DNA of 64,000 bases from the NCBI GenBank assembly GCA_030264375.1, contig JASCQW010000119.1, forward strand, positions 47,793,418 to 47,857,417, given 5' to 3'. The notes beneath the pieces were generated by a model that was given only the letters and a program-made list of their open reading frames with translations, did not search any database and was not told the origin of the DNA. This document shows, piece by piece, positions 23,755 through 37,959 of the stretch. Positions within the stretch are counted from its first letter, which is position 1. Each line of letters opens with the position of its first letter. The DNA is from Carcharhinus longimanus. Taxonomy: Eukaryota. The position numbers and the translations under genes were made by a program.

Positions 23755-26684
23755 TCGAAGAATGTGTAGAAAGCAATCTAATTGACACAACACAAAATAA
23801 ATTGATGACAGCAGATGACATCCAGCAAACTGAATTGGGTGGTGATGCCAGTTATACTGTAATTAGCAGTAAATCACCAGAGTTGGTGCTGGATGTGCAA
23901 GAATCCAACCAAGTTACTGTTTCCCAACTTAGTGACATCGTGGTTTCTGATGGGCAGACTGACAGTGATGAAACTATTTTTCAGGATGATGCAGTCCCTG
24001 AAACACTGGAATTGCCAGCAGACAATGATGATATCTGTACAGAATCTAGCAAAAATCTTAAATGTGAAACTGTGATCCTTTCACTTTCTGAGACTGACCA
24101 TCCTGTGAATTCACCCTGTGATCAAACTCAGACGCCTAGTCCACAAGATAAAACAGCTTGCAATGAGGAACCTCTTCAAAACTATTGTTTTGCTGGAACC
24201 GTCATTGCAGAAACAAAGAATACTGTAGTTTTCAACACTACGGATGTCCATGTTGTGGGGGTGAAAAATGCAGCATCTGATTCATTACCAAGTAATGACA
24301 TTGAAACTAAAGCAAGCACTACAGATGTTTTGTCAACCCAGCTATCAATTGAATTTCCAGAAATTGACCCATGTGAGCAAGAGGTAAATCGATGCACCAT
24401 TAAGGAAATCGGATCTCCGTTTATCCATCAAGTCACTTGCTCTCTAACTTTGCCGTCACGTGAAGAAAAGGAGAGTGATTGTGTTGAAGTAAAAGTAAAT
24501 AATAAGCTAGACACTAGCATATTGCCGGATATGTCACATGAGCCACATGTTGCAGAGAAACAACTGACATCTGTAATAGTATCAACATGTTCCAATAAAG
24601 ATCCCAGCTATTCATTAGCACAAAAAGTTTCTCTGGAGTCTGGGAGACTTGAAAAGGAGCATGACTGTTCTGCTTCTGTTGATGCAGAAGAATGTGTGAA
24701 AGAACATCTTAACAAACCAGAGCAGGCAGCGGCAGATGGTGGACGCCAGTCGACAGAATCTGATGTTGCAGTATTAGAGGATGCCTTTGACCAGCTAACC
24801 AGCAAAGGGAAACAAAACTGTGGAAGTGACATGAACAAGAATGGATTGTATTGTAACGTTGAAATAAGTAGCCAGCTGTCCAATGAAAGTTGTATACGAC
24901 CCACAAATGAAAGAATATTTAAAGATGACAGAGCCCCTGTTTGTTCTAAAAGTGGTGTAATTGTGGAAATTCCTGATGCCTGCAAAGGGACTGATAATGG
25001 TGATCCACACAAACAGTTACAGTTGCCGGAGGAGAATCAGCTGCAAAAAGATGAAAGACCAAATGAGTGTCAGAACGACAAGCCTGAAACTTTGTATAAT
25101 TTAAATCAGACTGACTCTTCACTACGGCCAAGTGTTGAGGAGCCGAAAAGGATTGGTAATTTTAATAGACCACTGTCATCGGTTGAAGTCAACAACCCCT
25201 TGGTCTCACAATTACTACAGGGCAGCCTTCCTTTAGAGAAGGTTTTGCCGCAGTCTCATTCTGGTACAAAATTGGAAATAACCAAGTTGCTTGTTCCACC
25301 TCCAATTCCTTCCGAGAGCCCGCAAACTAAGCAGGAAAGAAATTTCAGTCAGTCGACTATTGATCATGTTGCACAAACAACGGATCTCAAAATTATAATC
25401 AGTGGTGTACACAGTGGAATCAAGTTAGCCGATTACCATTTGCATAAAATATTGTCAGGAGATTTCAGAGATCTGTCTCAAAAGCGTCTGGAGCAGATGA
25501 AATCAACTGTATTGCAATCCAGTAAGCATTATGTGCAATCACAGATGGTCTTGGACAGAGATTGTAAAAGTCTAGGGGAAGATTCAGTATTACAAGAGCA
25601 GCTAAATAGAATGCCAATTCTTTCTAGGCCTGTTGAAGAGTCTGGGACAGCAACACACAAAATAACACCAGCTGCTTGCAGTTTTGAAGATGGTAGCAAA
25701 GAACTAATGAATGTTTCCTCTGGAAACACACAGAATCCCAATTTGAAAAATCCTGTAATGAGAAGCATGCCTGAAACGTTAAAGCAAATTAGTAGCTCTA
25801 CTGTGTCTGGCTATTACATTCCGAACACACCAACCTTTTGTAAAAATCTGGAAACTCAGAACACTATATTTGGTTCAGTAATAGCGAAGGCTTGCAGTGG
25901 GATGCCAGTGAGGCAAAAGGTTAGCCATGGTTATTTGCATAACACTGTAGTTGTGCAAAATGATGGAAGCTGTAGAGCAACAGAAGTAATTAAGATTCAG
26001 TCAAAGGGTTCTGTTATTGAGCATGTGCCAGCCATTTCTCAGACTTCTCCAGAGAGGAATTTAATTGGAATGGAGGGTATGCCAAATGTAAGAAGGGATT
26101 GGCTTCCTAAACTGCATGAAAGCTTTAAAGTCATCAAAACTGAAAATATCCCTGCATGTCGGGGAAATAACCAAAATCAAGACATTATTGGTATAAATGA
26201 TGGTGCATACATTCCATTTGATTCCAAAGACAAATTATATGTTGGACCAATTAAGATGGACTGCAATATTGGAAAGGTTATGAAAGAGACTGGTCTACAA
26301 TTTCAGCATTCTTCGGAACATTCTCTCATCAATTCCCAGCTCAGTATTCAGCAGCAGTTATATGGCAAACTTCCTAAACTTTCCTTCAGTACTACAGGAT
26401 TCAGTCATATCACTAACACATCAGTTTCCGAACTCTCTATGGGTAGCTTTCCAGCATCTCTTGCTGGAAGTGTGATGTCACTGAGTCAGAAGGCAAACTT
26501 TGGGAATCATAATTCTGCAGTTCCTGCTCAGACATTTGCTGAAAGCAGTGGTGTCAATGAAATGACTTTTAAATGTTCTTGCAGATTAAAGGCCATGATC
26601 ATGTGCAAAGGATGTGGAGCATTTTGCCATGATGATTGTATAGGCCCATCTAAACTTTGTGTATCATGTCTTGTGGTGAGATAG
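23358..26684 (+). CDS. ASXL1: ASXL1 terminal coding exon (ASXM1, long disordered region, ASXM2/NR-box-like LVSQLL, C-terminal PHD finger)
   Basis: ccag|ATT CAA CTC encodes [49 protein letters not shown]; [25 protein letters not shown] (~25176-25250); [36 protein letters not shown], then TAG TAA. Confidence 0.96.
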   Translation: MQLSRIKPPWAVKGQPTYQICPRIVTTVGTVSRERTGARTLADIKARAQQARAQREAAAAAAANVTVEGGGRGSSGSGPRGTDSPGPADGKTKVVEQTTAKHQYRAQLFQTCATDEPEKPSDGEISVKQGVIIEECVESNLIDTTQNKLMTADDIQQTELGGDASYTVISSKSPELVLDVQESNQVTVSQLSDIVVSDGQTDSDETIFQDDAVPETLELPADNDDICTESSKNLKCETVILSLSETDHPVNSPCDQTQTPSPQDKTACNEEPLQNYCFAGTVIAETKNTVVFNTTDVHVVGVKNAASDSLPSNDIETKASTTDVLSTQLSIEFPEIDPCEQEVNRCTIKEIGSPFIHQVTCSLTLPSREEKESDCVEVKVNNKLDTSILPDMSHEPHVAEKQLTSVIVSTCSNKDPSYSLAQKVSLESGRLEKEHDCSASVDAEECVKEHLNKPEQAAADGGRQSTESDVAVLEDAFDQLTSKGKQNCGSDMNKNGLYCNVEISSQLSNESCIRPTNERIFKDDRAPVCSKSGVIVEIPDACKGTDNGDPHKQLQLPEENQLQKDERPNECQNDKPETLYNLNQTDSSLRPSVEEPKRIGNFNRPLSSVEVNNPLVSQLLQGSLPLEKVLPQSHSGTKLEITKLLVPPPIPSESPQTKQERNFSQSTIDHVAQTTDLKIIISGVHSGIKLADYHLHKILSGDFRDLSQKRLEQMKSTVLQSSKHYVQSQMVLDRDCKSLGEDSVLQEQLNRMPILSRPVEESGTATHKITPAACSFEDGSKELMNVSSGNTQNPNLKNPVMRSMPETLKQISSSTVSGYYIPNTPTFCKNLETQNTIFGSVIAKACSGMPVRQKVSHGYLHNTVVVQNDGSCRATEVIKIQSKGSVIEHVPAISQTSPERNLIGMEGMPNVRRDWLPKLHESFKVIKTENIPACRGNNQNQDIIGINDGAYIPFDSKDKLYVGPIKMDCNIGKVMKETGLQFQHSSEHSLINSQLSIQQQLYGKLPKLSFSTTGFSHITNTSVSELSMGSFPASLAGSVMSLSQKANFGNHNSAVPAQTFAESSGVNEMTFKCSCRLKAMIMCKGCGAFCHDDCIGPSKLCVSCLVVR

Positions 26685-27735
26685 TAAAGAACTGTTGTGA
26701 AGAAATGACTAATCTGGACCACTATTAGGTGGATTATTATAAGCATGGTGAAAGTGCAACATATATGTATCAAAAATGTGTATCATTGTGTATAATTTTG
26801 CCTTTTTTAGTCCAGTCTGGCCACTGTACATAAATGGAAGGGCAGATAAACTGCATGCAAAACCATTAAGAAGTGTATGTTCGCAGTTCATAATGAACCA
26901 TTATAGGACTGCAAATCATGAGGGACCTATCTATCTGTTGAAAATGCTTTTTCATTTTTTGCTGATGTTAATGTCTTTTCTTACCACAAATGTGTAAAGA
27001 TGAAGTTGTTGACTCCACAATAATGCTCTATGCACTGATTTAGTTTGTAAAACCTAAAGAAACATGTTAATACTGTAAAACTGACCACATGATTAAGCAT
27101 GTTGAGTTTTTGCTCTGTTCATACTAAGCAGTGTTTATTTTTTTGCAATGTTAAAATGCTTATAGTCTCCTACCTTAGTCTGCTTTGCATGTTAGCGATG
27201 TGGCTCTTCGAAAGATTGAAATGGAGAGTACAGTATTTGGTGCTTCCAATGCATTACTGACACAGTATCTTTACATTTTGTTTTGCTTGCTTCCCCAGTA
27301 TTTGAAAGTTATAGAATACAACCTATGAACAGTGTTAGCAATGATGCAAGCTTATTAGGTGGCCTTAAAAGAAATGGTTTGTTTTTGTTCCATCTATAAT
27401 TGTGAAGAGCAATGGGGCAGAAAGTCTTTTACTTCATTGTTTGACCTGAGTCTCATTCCCTGTTTACCAAAGACATTCTGCAAATATAAATTTATTTAGA
27501 AGTGGCTTTACAAACTCATTCTCAGGGTACATTTAATCTCCAGCCATCAAGTCTTTCTCCTTTCTATTTGTCTATTTTAATGCAGTTGTGTTGACTGAGT
27601 ATATGCTTGGGATTTTATTGGTCTTTGATGCGTGGGTGACTTCTGTCTGTATTATGCTGTATTTTTATTTACACCTTTACACGGTATTGAGAAGTTGTGT
27701 AGTAAATTGAATAAAATACATTAATTATATGTGAT
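26685..27735 (+). other. ASXL1: ASXL1 3' UTR (to the proximal candidate poly(A) site; may extend further)
   Basis: U-rich sequence with no recognisable repeats after the stop. AATAAA at 27710-27715, another at 28449-28454. Pumilio-type TGTACATA at 26825-26832. Confidence 0.55.
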
Positions 27736-29260
27736 GCAGTACTTTGTTCATATAAATTTGCTAAGCTCTTTGATTCTTTCAATCTGCAAATTTTATCCAT
27801 TTTGAAATATTAAAACATTTTATTTTTACGTTAATGATGGGTCATGGCTTCTGATCTCTGCTAACGTGATTAAGAGCGCTGTTGTATTTCACTGTTGGAC
27901 TGCACTTTCTTTTGGTTAAATATTGGAATGTTTAAAAAGGTAAACTTACTTTGATTTAAATTGTGCCACCTTTAGTTAGTCTCTGAAGAACAGCTCTTTT
28001 CCCCCCTAATTGGCACATCTGTTAGTTGAATTGCACTAACAGAATGATGTTATCACTCACATTAAAGCAGAACTGATGCATTGCAGAGCATTGTCACTCT
28101 GCTTAAGTACTGAAAAAACAGTAAGGAGACAGGTAACTTTGAATATTATGTAAAATTTAGGAAAATGGAAACCAAACATTAAAAAAAGGGAAAATTGTGC
28201 TAAATGATTGCCTGATCTCTGAAATAGTATTGACAATCATCTAATCCCTTTGTGTGAATACCATCATATGTCAAGGACACGGAGTTAAAGACATCTGTTA
28301 CTGGGAAAAGTACTCTGCCCAAAAAAAAACTTCAATTTAGAATTGAAAATGTATAAATTAATTGTAAGGAAATTAGTTTTGAATCAAGGTAATTTTGGAT
28401 TCCAATTGATTTTCATAATGGGTGATTATTTAGATTACTGTCTTTTGGAATAAATCATTATCTGTTGTATATTTGCTTTGAAAAGAAACTTTTTTGTCTG
28501 TCTTTTATGATAAAAGTTCCTTGGCCTCACTGGCTTCACACACTGAGATTTTGGTATTAATTGCTTTTTTTTTTGTGCAAACCTAGAGTACATGGCATGA
28601 AGCATTTGAAATGTTTGGATTTCCCATTTCCATCGGATCTTACCTGGAAGTTTTCAAGGTTATGGAGTGATGCTTATTCATCTGTCTTTTTGGTTTATTT
28701 TTTGGTTTATTTTTTATTCTGGGTGACAACAATATCATGTTCTCAAAGCGATGAAAATGGTTTTGATTTTACTTTCAATAACTAAACTCTGTTTTCTTCT
28801 TATCCTGTGTATATGCTATGCCTTTTGTGCCACTGAGGAGCAATTTATAATTTTATAAATTGTTAATTTTATAATGTCTCTAATTTTAAATAATTGCATG
28901 GTGTAAATCTAAGACTTGATGTAAATACCACCATGATTTTGACTTAACCTGATCTCTGTGATCTCCCCTAGTGCTGTGAAGTACTTCATTCTATGCATTT
29001 ATTTTCACCATTCATACTTAAACCATGAGCTTTCTATTCTATCGAGTGCCTGCTTTCTACATGACTATCCTTCTTCCAACTTTAAAAGATGCCTTAAAAC
29101 TTATCTATTTGTCATTGGTTAAACACTCCATACTTGTTGTTGCTGAGCATCTGTTTTTCCTATGTGAATTGGAAAAACAAATACTTGCATAGCCCATAGT
29201 GTATGTAAATTGTTTCTTCAAATTCATATTTGATTTAAATTTAGAAGGTAACTTAGACAA

Positions 29261-29650
29261 TGGGGAAGCAGTGGCCTAGTGGTATTGTCATTCGACTATT
29301 AATCCAGAAAACTCAGCTAATGTTCTGGGGGCCTGGGTTCGAATCCCATCATGGCAAATAGTGGAATTTGAATTCAGTAAAATAATATCTGGAATTAAGA
29401 ATCTACTGATGACCATGAAACTGTTGTCGATTGTTGGAAAAACCCATCTGGTTCACTAGTGTCCTTTAGGGAAGGAAATCTGCCATCCTTACCCAGTCTG
29501 GCCTACATGTGACTTCAGAGCCACAGCAATGTGGTTGACTCTTTAATGCCCTCTGAAATGGCCTCGCAAACCACTCAGTTCAAGGGCAACTAGGGATGGG
29601 CAACAAATGCTGACCCTGCCAGCGACACCCAAATTCATGAATGAAGGAAA
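29261..29650 (+). mobile_element. tRNA-derived SINE (second family), relatively intact
   Basis: gcagtggcctagtggtattgtca (A box)...gggttcgaatccc (B box)...(atga)n-like tail. Confidence 0.8.
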
Positions 29651-30169
29651 AGAATTCCTGTGGAATGTTGCCCCACAACAGGCTGGATTGGAGAAGAGGA
29701 GATAAGCTTGTCCGTGTCGATGCTTTAGGCAAAGTGTTGGACGTTATTTCATCATTCACAAAAATTCAATAAACACAAAAGAATTGAATGATTGTTGACC
29801 CAGTTACAGAGTCACTGGACCCAGTTATTCCCTTGACTTGCTGCTGGTAATGTGGATGTTTTGATTAGTGTCAACATTTCTCATCCATTCTGAACTGCAC
29901 TTGAAAGCAAATCACATTGCTAAGGGTCACATCGGCCAAGCCAGTTAAGGATGACAGATTTCTTTTGGAAATTAGTGAACCGCATGGATATTTATGGAAA
30001 TCAGTCATAGTTTCATAACTATCATTGAGTCTCCCATACAACTCCAGATTTTAAAAAAAAATTGAATTTAAATTCCACCAGTTGCCATAGTGGGATTGGA
30101 ACCCATGTCCCAAGAGCTTTAACCTTGGCCTTGAGATGGCTAGCCCAGTGACATTACCATAATGCTACC

Positions 30170-30530
30170 ATCTCTCTACCCTAAAATCTCTCTCCCTCCA
30201 TCCCCACCACACTCTCATACCCTCCCCTGTTTCCTCACCCACACTCACTCCTTCCTTCCCCATCATATCTCACACTCTCTCCTGCTCCCTAACCCACACT
30301 CACTCCCTCCATCTCAGCCACACTCTCCCCTGCTCCCTCACCCACACTTTACCCCGTCCATCTCAGCCACACTCTCACACTCCCTGGCTCACCCTCCCTT
30401 GCTCCATCACCAACACTTGCTGGCTCCATCCCCCAGGTGCTCTCCCTCCATTCCATACTACCACTCATTTCCTCCATCAGTGTCACACACGCTACCACCT
30501 CCAGTTCACTTGCACTCCCTCTTTGCCCCT
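30170..30530. repeat. Pyrimidine-rich (C/T/A) low-complexity tract
   Basis: Degenerate cacactctccctcc-type units; accounts for the spurious P/H/S-rich ORF 30162-30545. Confidence 0.8.
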
Positions 30531-30929
30531 ACACAGGTTAGATAAAGTTCTCTCTACATTTGCCTCCTGACGGATGTCCCTGGAAGATACAGTAAGGTAG
30601 AAAATAAAGCTCCATCTGTGCCACCCAAACTGATGATTACCAAATTGATGGTACAACATAGAGGAGGCCATTCTGCCCATTGGATATGTGGCAGCCATTT
30701 CAAAGAACAATCTAGTTAGTCCCATGACAATTAGTTTCTCCACGTCCCTTTAATTTTTTATTCTCTTTCAAGTATTATTGAATCCCCCTTACGGAGGCTA
30801 CGATTAAATTTATAAATACACCATCCTATAGGACAGTGTCTACTTGGGAATTGTGAGCTTTAAATTTTAAGAATAGATTTTCATTGGTTAAAAACCAATT
30901 TAAATCCCCATCAAATATTCTCGGGGAAG

Positions 30930-31279
30930 AGTGAGGCGTTAGAGGTTTTTAATATTATGAAAGGGTCTGATAGGCTAGATGTAGAAAATATATTACCTTG
31001 TATATATTACAAGTCATGTTGCAGCTTTATACAACCTTAGTTAGGCCGCACTTGGAATATAGCGTTCAATTCTAGTTCACTGACTACCAGAAAGATGTGG
31101 AGGCTTTGGAGAGGGTTACAGAAAAGATTTACCAGGATGTTGCCTGGGATGGAGGGCATTAGCTATGAGGAGAGGTTGCAGAAACTTGGTTTGTTCTCAC
31201 TGGAATAAAGGAGGTGGAGGGCCTATCTGATAGAATCTACAAGATTATGAGGGGCACGGACAGAGTGGATAATCAGAAG
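30930..31279 (+). mobile_element. CR1 LINE RT C-terminal fragment
   Basis: ttagttaggccgcacttggaatatagcgttcaattc (LVRPHLEYSVQF) and attagctatgaggagaggttg (ISYEERL); ends at an N gap. Confidence 0.85.
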
Positions 31280-32299
31280 NNNNNNNNNNNNNNNNNNNNN
31301 NNNNNNNNNNNNNNNNNNNNNNNNNNNNNNNNNNNNNNNNNNNNNNNNNNNNNNNNNNNNNNNNNNNNNNNNNNNNNNNAGCCAACCAGCAACACCCATG
31401 TCCCACAAATGACTGTAAACAAGGTTAATTAAAGGTTAAAAGGCTTATTTTAAATGTTTCTGTTCTTTATTTGTTCATAACATGTCACTTTTTATCCTAA
31501 TCCATACCCATTAATCATTCTGAAATATGGGGAATCCAGCTCTTGGGTCTGCTTCTGCAGTTGCTTTGACATCGAGAATGTTCGTTAAAAGAAGTCCGAT
31601 CAACGTGCAACTAATGTTCAATTCTGGGTCGTTCAGCACAGACATGACTGGAGTAAACATTTTAAAACTGCTAATCCCACAAACCTATTGAATCTGTTGA
31701 GCCAATGCTAAAATTACATTTGCTTTTACTATTATTGGTCTGAGGATATTAATTAGTTGGTGTTGAATGGCAGTTCTGGAAATATAGGTAAAAGTACTTG
31801 GGGACCCTGGCCATATTTAAGGGAGCTCTAATGAGCTAGGTTAACATCTGACGATCTGTCTTTTCAGTCATACCTAATTATCACTAGCAAACAGATGGTG
31901 GCTGATTTTCTAATTCGGTCAGATCTGGAACAAGTGTTCCTAATGACAGGCCTGTGAAAATCTTGCAGAGATGCTTTTACTGCTGTTTGTGTGGGTGTTT
32001 TTTTTTCAGAAAAAGCATAGCTGTATGCTTTTCACAGCCTGAGACTTTGTGTATTCTGAGAGAAGGACATTTTCTCTGGTTCCTCCCAAGCAGAGTTGTC
32101 CAATGTATTTGTCAGGGACCACAATTTTAATTCCTTCCATTTGATTAAACAATTAGTATAGATTCCCTTGGGCATGTGATCTCAATACTCATAGGCACGC
32201 AATGTGTTTGTGTCTTTCCATTTTATTGTGTTGGTAAAATGGCAAGACAAAGCAGAATGTTTTGATGAAATACTTTAATTAAATAATGAATAAATGTAA

Positions 32300-32622
32300 A
32301 AAAGTTGTTATAGTCGCAGATGTTCTTCCCTTTGAGGTGTGAGAGCTGACTGCTGGTGTTTTAACCTGAGGATCACCTCTCCTCAGGCAAGGGACAAGGT
32401 TGAGGTGGCAGGGCCTTCATGAATAACCTCAGCCAGTACAGGAATTGAACCCANNNNNNNNNNNNNNNNNNNNNNNNNNNNNNNNNNNNNNNNNNNNNNN
32501 NNNNNNNNNNNNNNNNNNNNNNNNNNNNNNNNNNNNNNNNNNNNNNNNNNNNNAACCCACGCTGTTGGCATTGCTTGGCATCACTAACCAGCTTTCCAAC
32601 CAATTGAGCTAAACTGACCCCC
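32300..32622 (-). mobile_element. tRNA-derived SINE interrupted by an N gap
   Basis: Minus strand starts ggggtcagtttagctcaattggttgg (A box); the B box gggttcaattcc is split by the gap. Confidence 0.7.
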
Positions 32623-33759
32623 ATGGATAATGAATACTTGAATCATGAATAGATGTTTAAAGAACTATGCACACAAGTCATTAACACATCTTGTACCACT
32701 ATTTAAAATGTTCTAGAAACATAGGAGCAGTAGGAGGACATTCAGCCCATTGAGCATGCTCTTCAATTGGATCATAGCTGATTATCTGCCTCAATGCCAT
32801 TTTCCTTATACTATCCTCGTAACCTTTGATGTCTTGAGTATCTGTAAACCCCTTAACCTCTGTCTTTATCATAATCACATGTGTGCATAGATTATTGAAG
32901 GTGATAGGGCAGGTGGAGAGAGCAGTTAAAGCATATAGTGTTCTGGGATATAGAGTACAAAGCAAGGACATTATGTTGCATTATTTAGGCCTGACACTAG
33001 TTAGGCCTCAGCTGGAATATCAAAATTGTTTCAGGGCGTCTCCAATTTTGCAAGATAATCACCAATGCATCTACTGCCTATGCAGCCACTTCTTTCAACA
33101 CTCTGGGATGTAGATCAAATAGCTTTCAATTCCAGTTCCTCCTCCTCCTCCCCCTTCTGCTTGTGTCTCAAACTATAAGGATTATCTCTTTTTTTAAAAC
33201 AATTTTCTAATATTGCTGTTACGCAGCCATCAACTTGTGGTTTTCCTGTGATGACATATTTTTTCAAAAACAGCTCCTGAAGGCTTTAAATTTTAGCTGC
33301 TCCCAAGGAAGTCTGCGTTCCTCTCCACTCCCTGAAGGCAAGGGAAATTAGGATCCCAAGTCTTGCCTTCTATTTATCCACTCCTGAGTTAGCTGTTTTC
33401 TCCTTCAGGGTTCCTCTCCATTCCCTGAAGGAAGCAGTCTTGTTCCAAAAGTAGTTCCATGATTTTGAACCAAAAATTGTTAAGGATCAGCAATTAGATT
33501 TCTAAGTCTAAATAGTGGGTGACTTAAAAAGGCTTGGAAGTGGTGGTGTTCCACGCACCTGCTATTTTTGTCTTTTTAGATGGTAGCGGTCACAGATTTG
33601 GAGGAAACTCAAAGGAGCTTTGGCTAGTTGCTGCAATGCATTTTGTCGATGATGCACATCGTTGCCCCTGTGCATTGGTGGAAGGAGTAAACGTTTAAGG
33701 TGGTGGATGAGGTATTGATCAAATGGGCTGTTCTATCCTGAATGGTGTACAGCTTCTGT

Positions 33760-34070
33760 CATAGAATAGAATCCCTACAGTACAGAAGAAGGCCTTTTGG
33801 CCCATTTAGTCTTTGCCGACCAGAATCCCACATAGACCCTAATCCTGTAACCCCACACAATTACCCTGCTAATCTCCCTGACACTAAGGGTTAATTTAGC
33901 ATGGCCAATCAACCTAACCTAATATTGGACTGTGGGAGGAAACTGGAGCATCTAGGGGAAACCCGTGCAGCCACAGAGAATGTGCAAACTCCACGCAGAC
34001 GGTGACCCAACGCTGGAAATTGAACCTGGGTCCCTGGCGCTGTTCAGCAGTACTAATCACTGTGCCGCCC
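33760..34070 (-). mobile_element. HE1/V-SINE-like SINE inserted in an older LINE fragment (~33520-34480)
   Basis: Same head and core as the copy at 7575-7860, with a (TTCTA)n-type tail. Confidence 0.8.
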
Positions 34071-37000
34071 TAGTGTTGCTGGAGCTGCACTCATCCAGGG
34101 AAGTGCCTGGTTTGTGCCTTGTAGATGATGGCGGGGGTCAGGAGGTAACCTATTTACCACAGAATTCCCAGCTTCTGACCTGCTGTTAAGCCACAGTACT
34201 TGTATAGTTGGTCCAGTCAAGCTTCTCACCAATGGTAATCCCTGAGTGGTTGAAGGTGGATTTTTTTGATCATGTTTGTTCCGATGCCAGGAGACTTAAT
34301 AGGCTCCAGAGTCAGTGCTGAGGACACCCAGGGCCATTGATCCCTGGTTACTCCACTGAGCTGCCACTCTGGTGATGCTGATGGGGGAGATTCGGCGTGG
34401 ACTTGGGCAGTTGCTTGACTAACTTCTGAGACAAGTTTCCAAATTTTGAGGCAAGTTGCCAGATGTCAATGAGTGATGACATCATTGCCTAAAGCCTAGG
34501 TAAATGAATGGTGGCCTGTTGAGCTGGTGGCACTTTGACTTTCCATATGTTTTGCTTCACATCGACCAGGCCGAGTAAGGAAAGCACATATTATTCAGTC
34601 TCGTGAACCAAGTTGGGTTCTCGATATTCCAATGGTTTGGTCAGTAGTACTGCGACCAGTTTTTTTCCTCGAATTTCTTCAATCAATTGAATTTGAATTC
34701 TCCCAGCTTTTGTGGGATTTTAACTTGTGTTTCCAGACCTTTGGGTGAGTAGTCCCGTAACAGAACCACTCTGCTATCCTTATACCAAATTACATTTTTT
34801 GCATTATTGTTCATTTATTCCCCTCTCACACAAAAATCTACAGGTCTTCTTCAAACTGGAAATTGAGAAAGAGGTGCAGGGACACAAATGGAAACCTTTG
34901 CATCCAGCTCAGTAAAAGAAAATGCAAGCAGCGTAACAGATGAAACAATGTTCTTGGTACCGTTTCGCAAATCATGTTATGATGGTTTAGAAAATAAACA
35001 CTTAGAAATTTTGCTGTATTTAGTCTCAACTGATCCAATTGATTATAGTGTAAAATGTGTGTATAATCCTATGGTCTTTACTGAATTGGTTGAATATGAG
35101 CACCTCCCAATGATTGGGTAACAAACAAGCCTTTGGAACAGCACTCCTGCTCCTTCCACCAACCTTGGAGACCATTGTTTACAAAGACACTAATGTTTAC
35201 AAAGACACTAAAGTTTAAAACTATGCAAGGATTAATAGCACTAAATGCTAAATGATTATTTAGCAACTCAGAATTGTATCATTCTGAAACTGTAGCAAGT
35301 TAAATTCACAAATTTTGTTCATAAAACTCCATTTTATGCATTTTGTTTCTCTCACTGCACAAGTCCCAATTAGTAGTGCAGTTTTCTTCTGCTGAACTGT
35401 AACCAAGTTTGCGCACAATTTTCTCAAGTTGAACTTTATAGCAAAGTTCAAGTTATTTCACATTAATTTAGTCAAAACCTGACAGCTCAGCTGCAAAAAT
35501 CTGTAGCCACCATTATTTATTCAAGAAATACTTGAATGATTCTCTGAGGTTGAAAGGTGCCTGCTGTTCATACTGCTTATTTTTCCATGCAGGAAACAGA
35601 AGGAGACCAATGTTTGAAACTGCAAAGGTCACATCACTACCCTTTAGGATTGAACTTCACTGTTTTCCTTGTGGCAAGTCAGATGTGTAACACTGGTTTG
35701 TATTAAGAGCATGTCATTATGGGAATACATTAATGCTGCACACTTACTACCTGAATGTCACCTATTCCAAAAGATGACTCTGGATCAGCATTTACATGGT
35801 GCTGAACAATATTGTCATTGAATAACACTTGATGCTTATATTGAAGGAAGAAGTATAGCACAAAACAAAGCTGGTCTAGGACTCCCTGGCGCACTTTATC
35901 ATTGAGCCAGTGAAAGGCTAATCCTTTGAAGGACAAATTGGCTTGGTTCTAATTACTTTGTGGTTCAGAACTCGGATGAGCATACGTACTTAAATTGTAT
36001 GAATCAGCAAAGAATAGAACATAGAACATTACAGCGCAGAACAGGCCTTTCGGCCCACGATGTTGCGCCGACCAGTTACAAAAACAATGANNNNNNNNNN
36101 NNNNNNNNNNNNNNNNNNNNNNNNNNNNNNNNNNNNNNNNNNNNNNNNNNNNNNNNNNNNNNNNNNNNNNNNNNNNNNNNNNNNNNNNNNTCTTCTCATG
36201 TCCTCTTTTAGCCCTTCTTAACTCACTTTTTAACTCCCTCCTAGCCAATCTAAAGCTTTCTAGTGCACTACCTGAATGGATATCTTGTGCAATCCATTTT
36301 GCCATTGATCGAGCTCTGGCTGGGAATTACTCATGCAGCCCTTCATGTGGATGGATAGACATGTAATTGCTATCATATATTCTACAACATTGTACCAGTA
36401 GAATTGACTTAACTTTTTATCATGTGATGCATTCCTAATCTTAGACACGCCTCTTGGAAAGCTGTCATCATGCAGAAATACTAAAATTGGATAGAAAACA
36501 AGTACACTAAGTTAACTGTTCGCTGGAACTCAAGTGGTTGATTGTCAGCCTAAATGTTATTTTCAATGTGTCACCCACCTGCAATTGTCCTTGAAACTGG
36601 TATATACCATTAGGTTTCTTCCAAAAATGAGAAGTTAAGTTCCAAAAATTCTATCCATGATTGAATGTGAAACAACGTACTATGATACTGGTGGAGAATG
36701 TCAACTTTAACCCTTTAGTTGCTGTAATCAGTACATTAAATGGAAAAATTGAAGTGAAATTATAATTGAACATGTTTTTTTTGCATAGATGTGACGCGTG
36801 GAGTGCGTGTATATTTCATATATACAATTCAACATGTGGGAGTTTAGGATAATTTGTAGGCTTAAGTGAAGTTAGGTTAAAGGATAACTCATTTGATTAT
36901 GATGTACATATAATTCAGCTCTTTTATTTTAAAGTCAGACATTCTGTCAGTTTTAAATAGTGCTTGGATTTTACATCGTTGTTAAATAACAAAACTTATG

Positions 37001-37415
37001 GGCAGCAGTTAGAATAGATGATGTGCCTGCAGTACTGGTCAAAGTCAAGAGAAATTGACATTGCAGTGCCACCTCTTGCACGACTGATTGTAAGTTTACA
37101 TGAATAGTTCCCAAGTAGTCTAGGATGAGAAAAGGTGTTTGTGGACATGCAAATATACCTAGATACCCTATTTATGCCTATATTACATATCATTTACTAA
37201 ATCCAGAAATTCACATGGTTAATGGTTGGAGACACTGAAATCCAATCTCAAAACACATGGGAGCTACTCCTGAGTTTTTAATAATTTCCTCCTAAACAAA
37301 ATCCTGCAGTGAAGTACTTGTTGAAATCAAAGTTTATTTTTACTTTTGAAAAATTCAGTCTTGTTATCAGTACCTAGTCTACAGAAAGCCTCCATTACTG
37401 AGAATGCTTATTAAC

Positions 37416-37757
37416 AAAAAAGTTAATCAAGATAATCAGCATATTATGCAAATTTATAACATTTAAGACCATCAACTTTCCTGCATTGTTTTTTTTCCCT
37501 CGTTTAATATTTGGTTATGCTGCAGTATGCGCTTGGCTTCTAAAATGGAGGAGGTTTGGCTCAACTTCTGCTAAGGATATGACGTGTTATTTTGAGATTC
37601 ATGGCGGATAAGGGGGGGAGAATGTAACTTACTGAAGCGACTGGCAACATGCAGCATGTGAAAAATGTCTGTTCTCTGGGTCTGGTGAAAAATAATTGGA
37701 TCCTAAATGTTATTATCAATTTGCATAATATGCTGATTATCTTGATTACTTTTTTTT
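37416..37757. repeat. Inverted repeat, ~50-nt arms with a perfect 31-bp core
   Basis: taatcaagataatcagcatattatgcaaatt (37424-37454) is the exact reverse complement of 37718-37748. Confidence 0.9.
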
Positions 37758-37959
37758 AGCATCCATCCTCATTACACTTCACCATGATGAAACCATTCCT
37801 CCTTCACTGCTCATTAATTAAGCCTCCATTAATTTGGTTTATAATTGTTCTTTTTTATAATGGTATGTACCGTGCTATTTATTTTGCTTGTTTGTTTAAT
37901 CTTCCGGTTCCAATCTTTAGATACTATATGGTTAAATAGTAATTATTTATTTGATAATT

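Noticed and set aside
23367-26773. Antisense ORFs over the ASXL1 last exon (23367-23663, 24182-24400, 24608-25012, 25529-25768 and others)
   Set aside because: Typical shadows of a long coding exon; no recognisable domains.
30162-30545. 127-aa Pro/His/Ser-rich ORF, and ORFs spanning N gaps or microsatellites
   Set aside because: Artefacts of low-complexity sequence or Ns.
35176-35211. Short tandem duplications (18-mer here; also ~12468-12511, ~43081-43135, ~45290-45326) as an array or CRISPR-like structure
   Set aside because: Only two copies each, no spacer series, eukaryotic context; ordinary slippage duplications.
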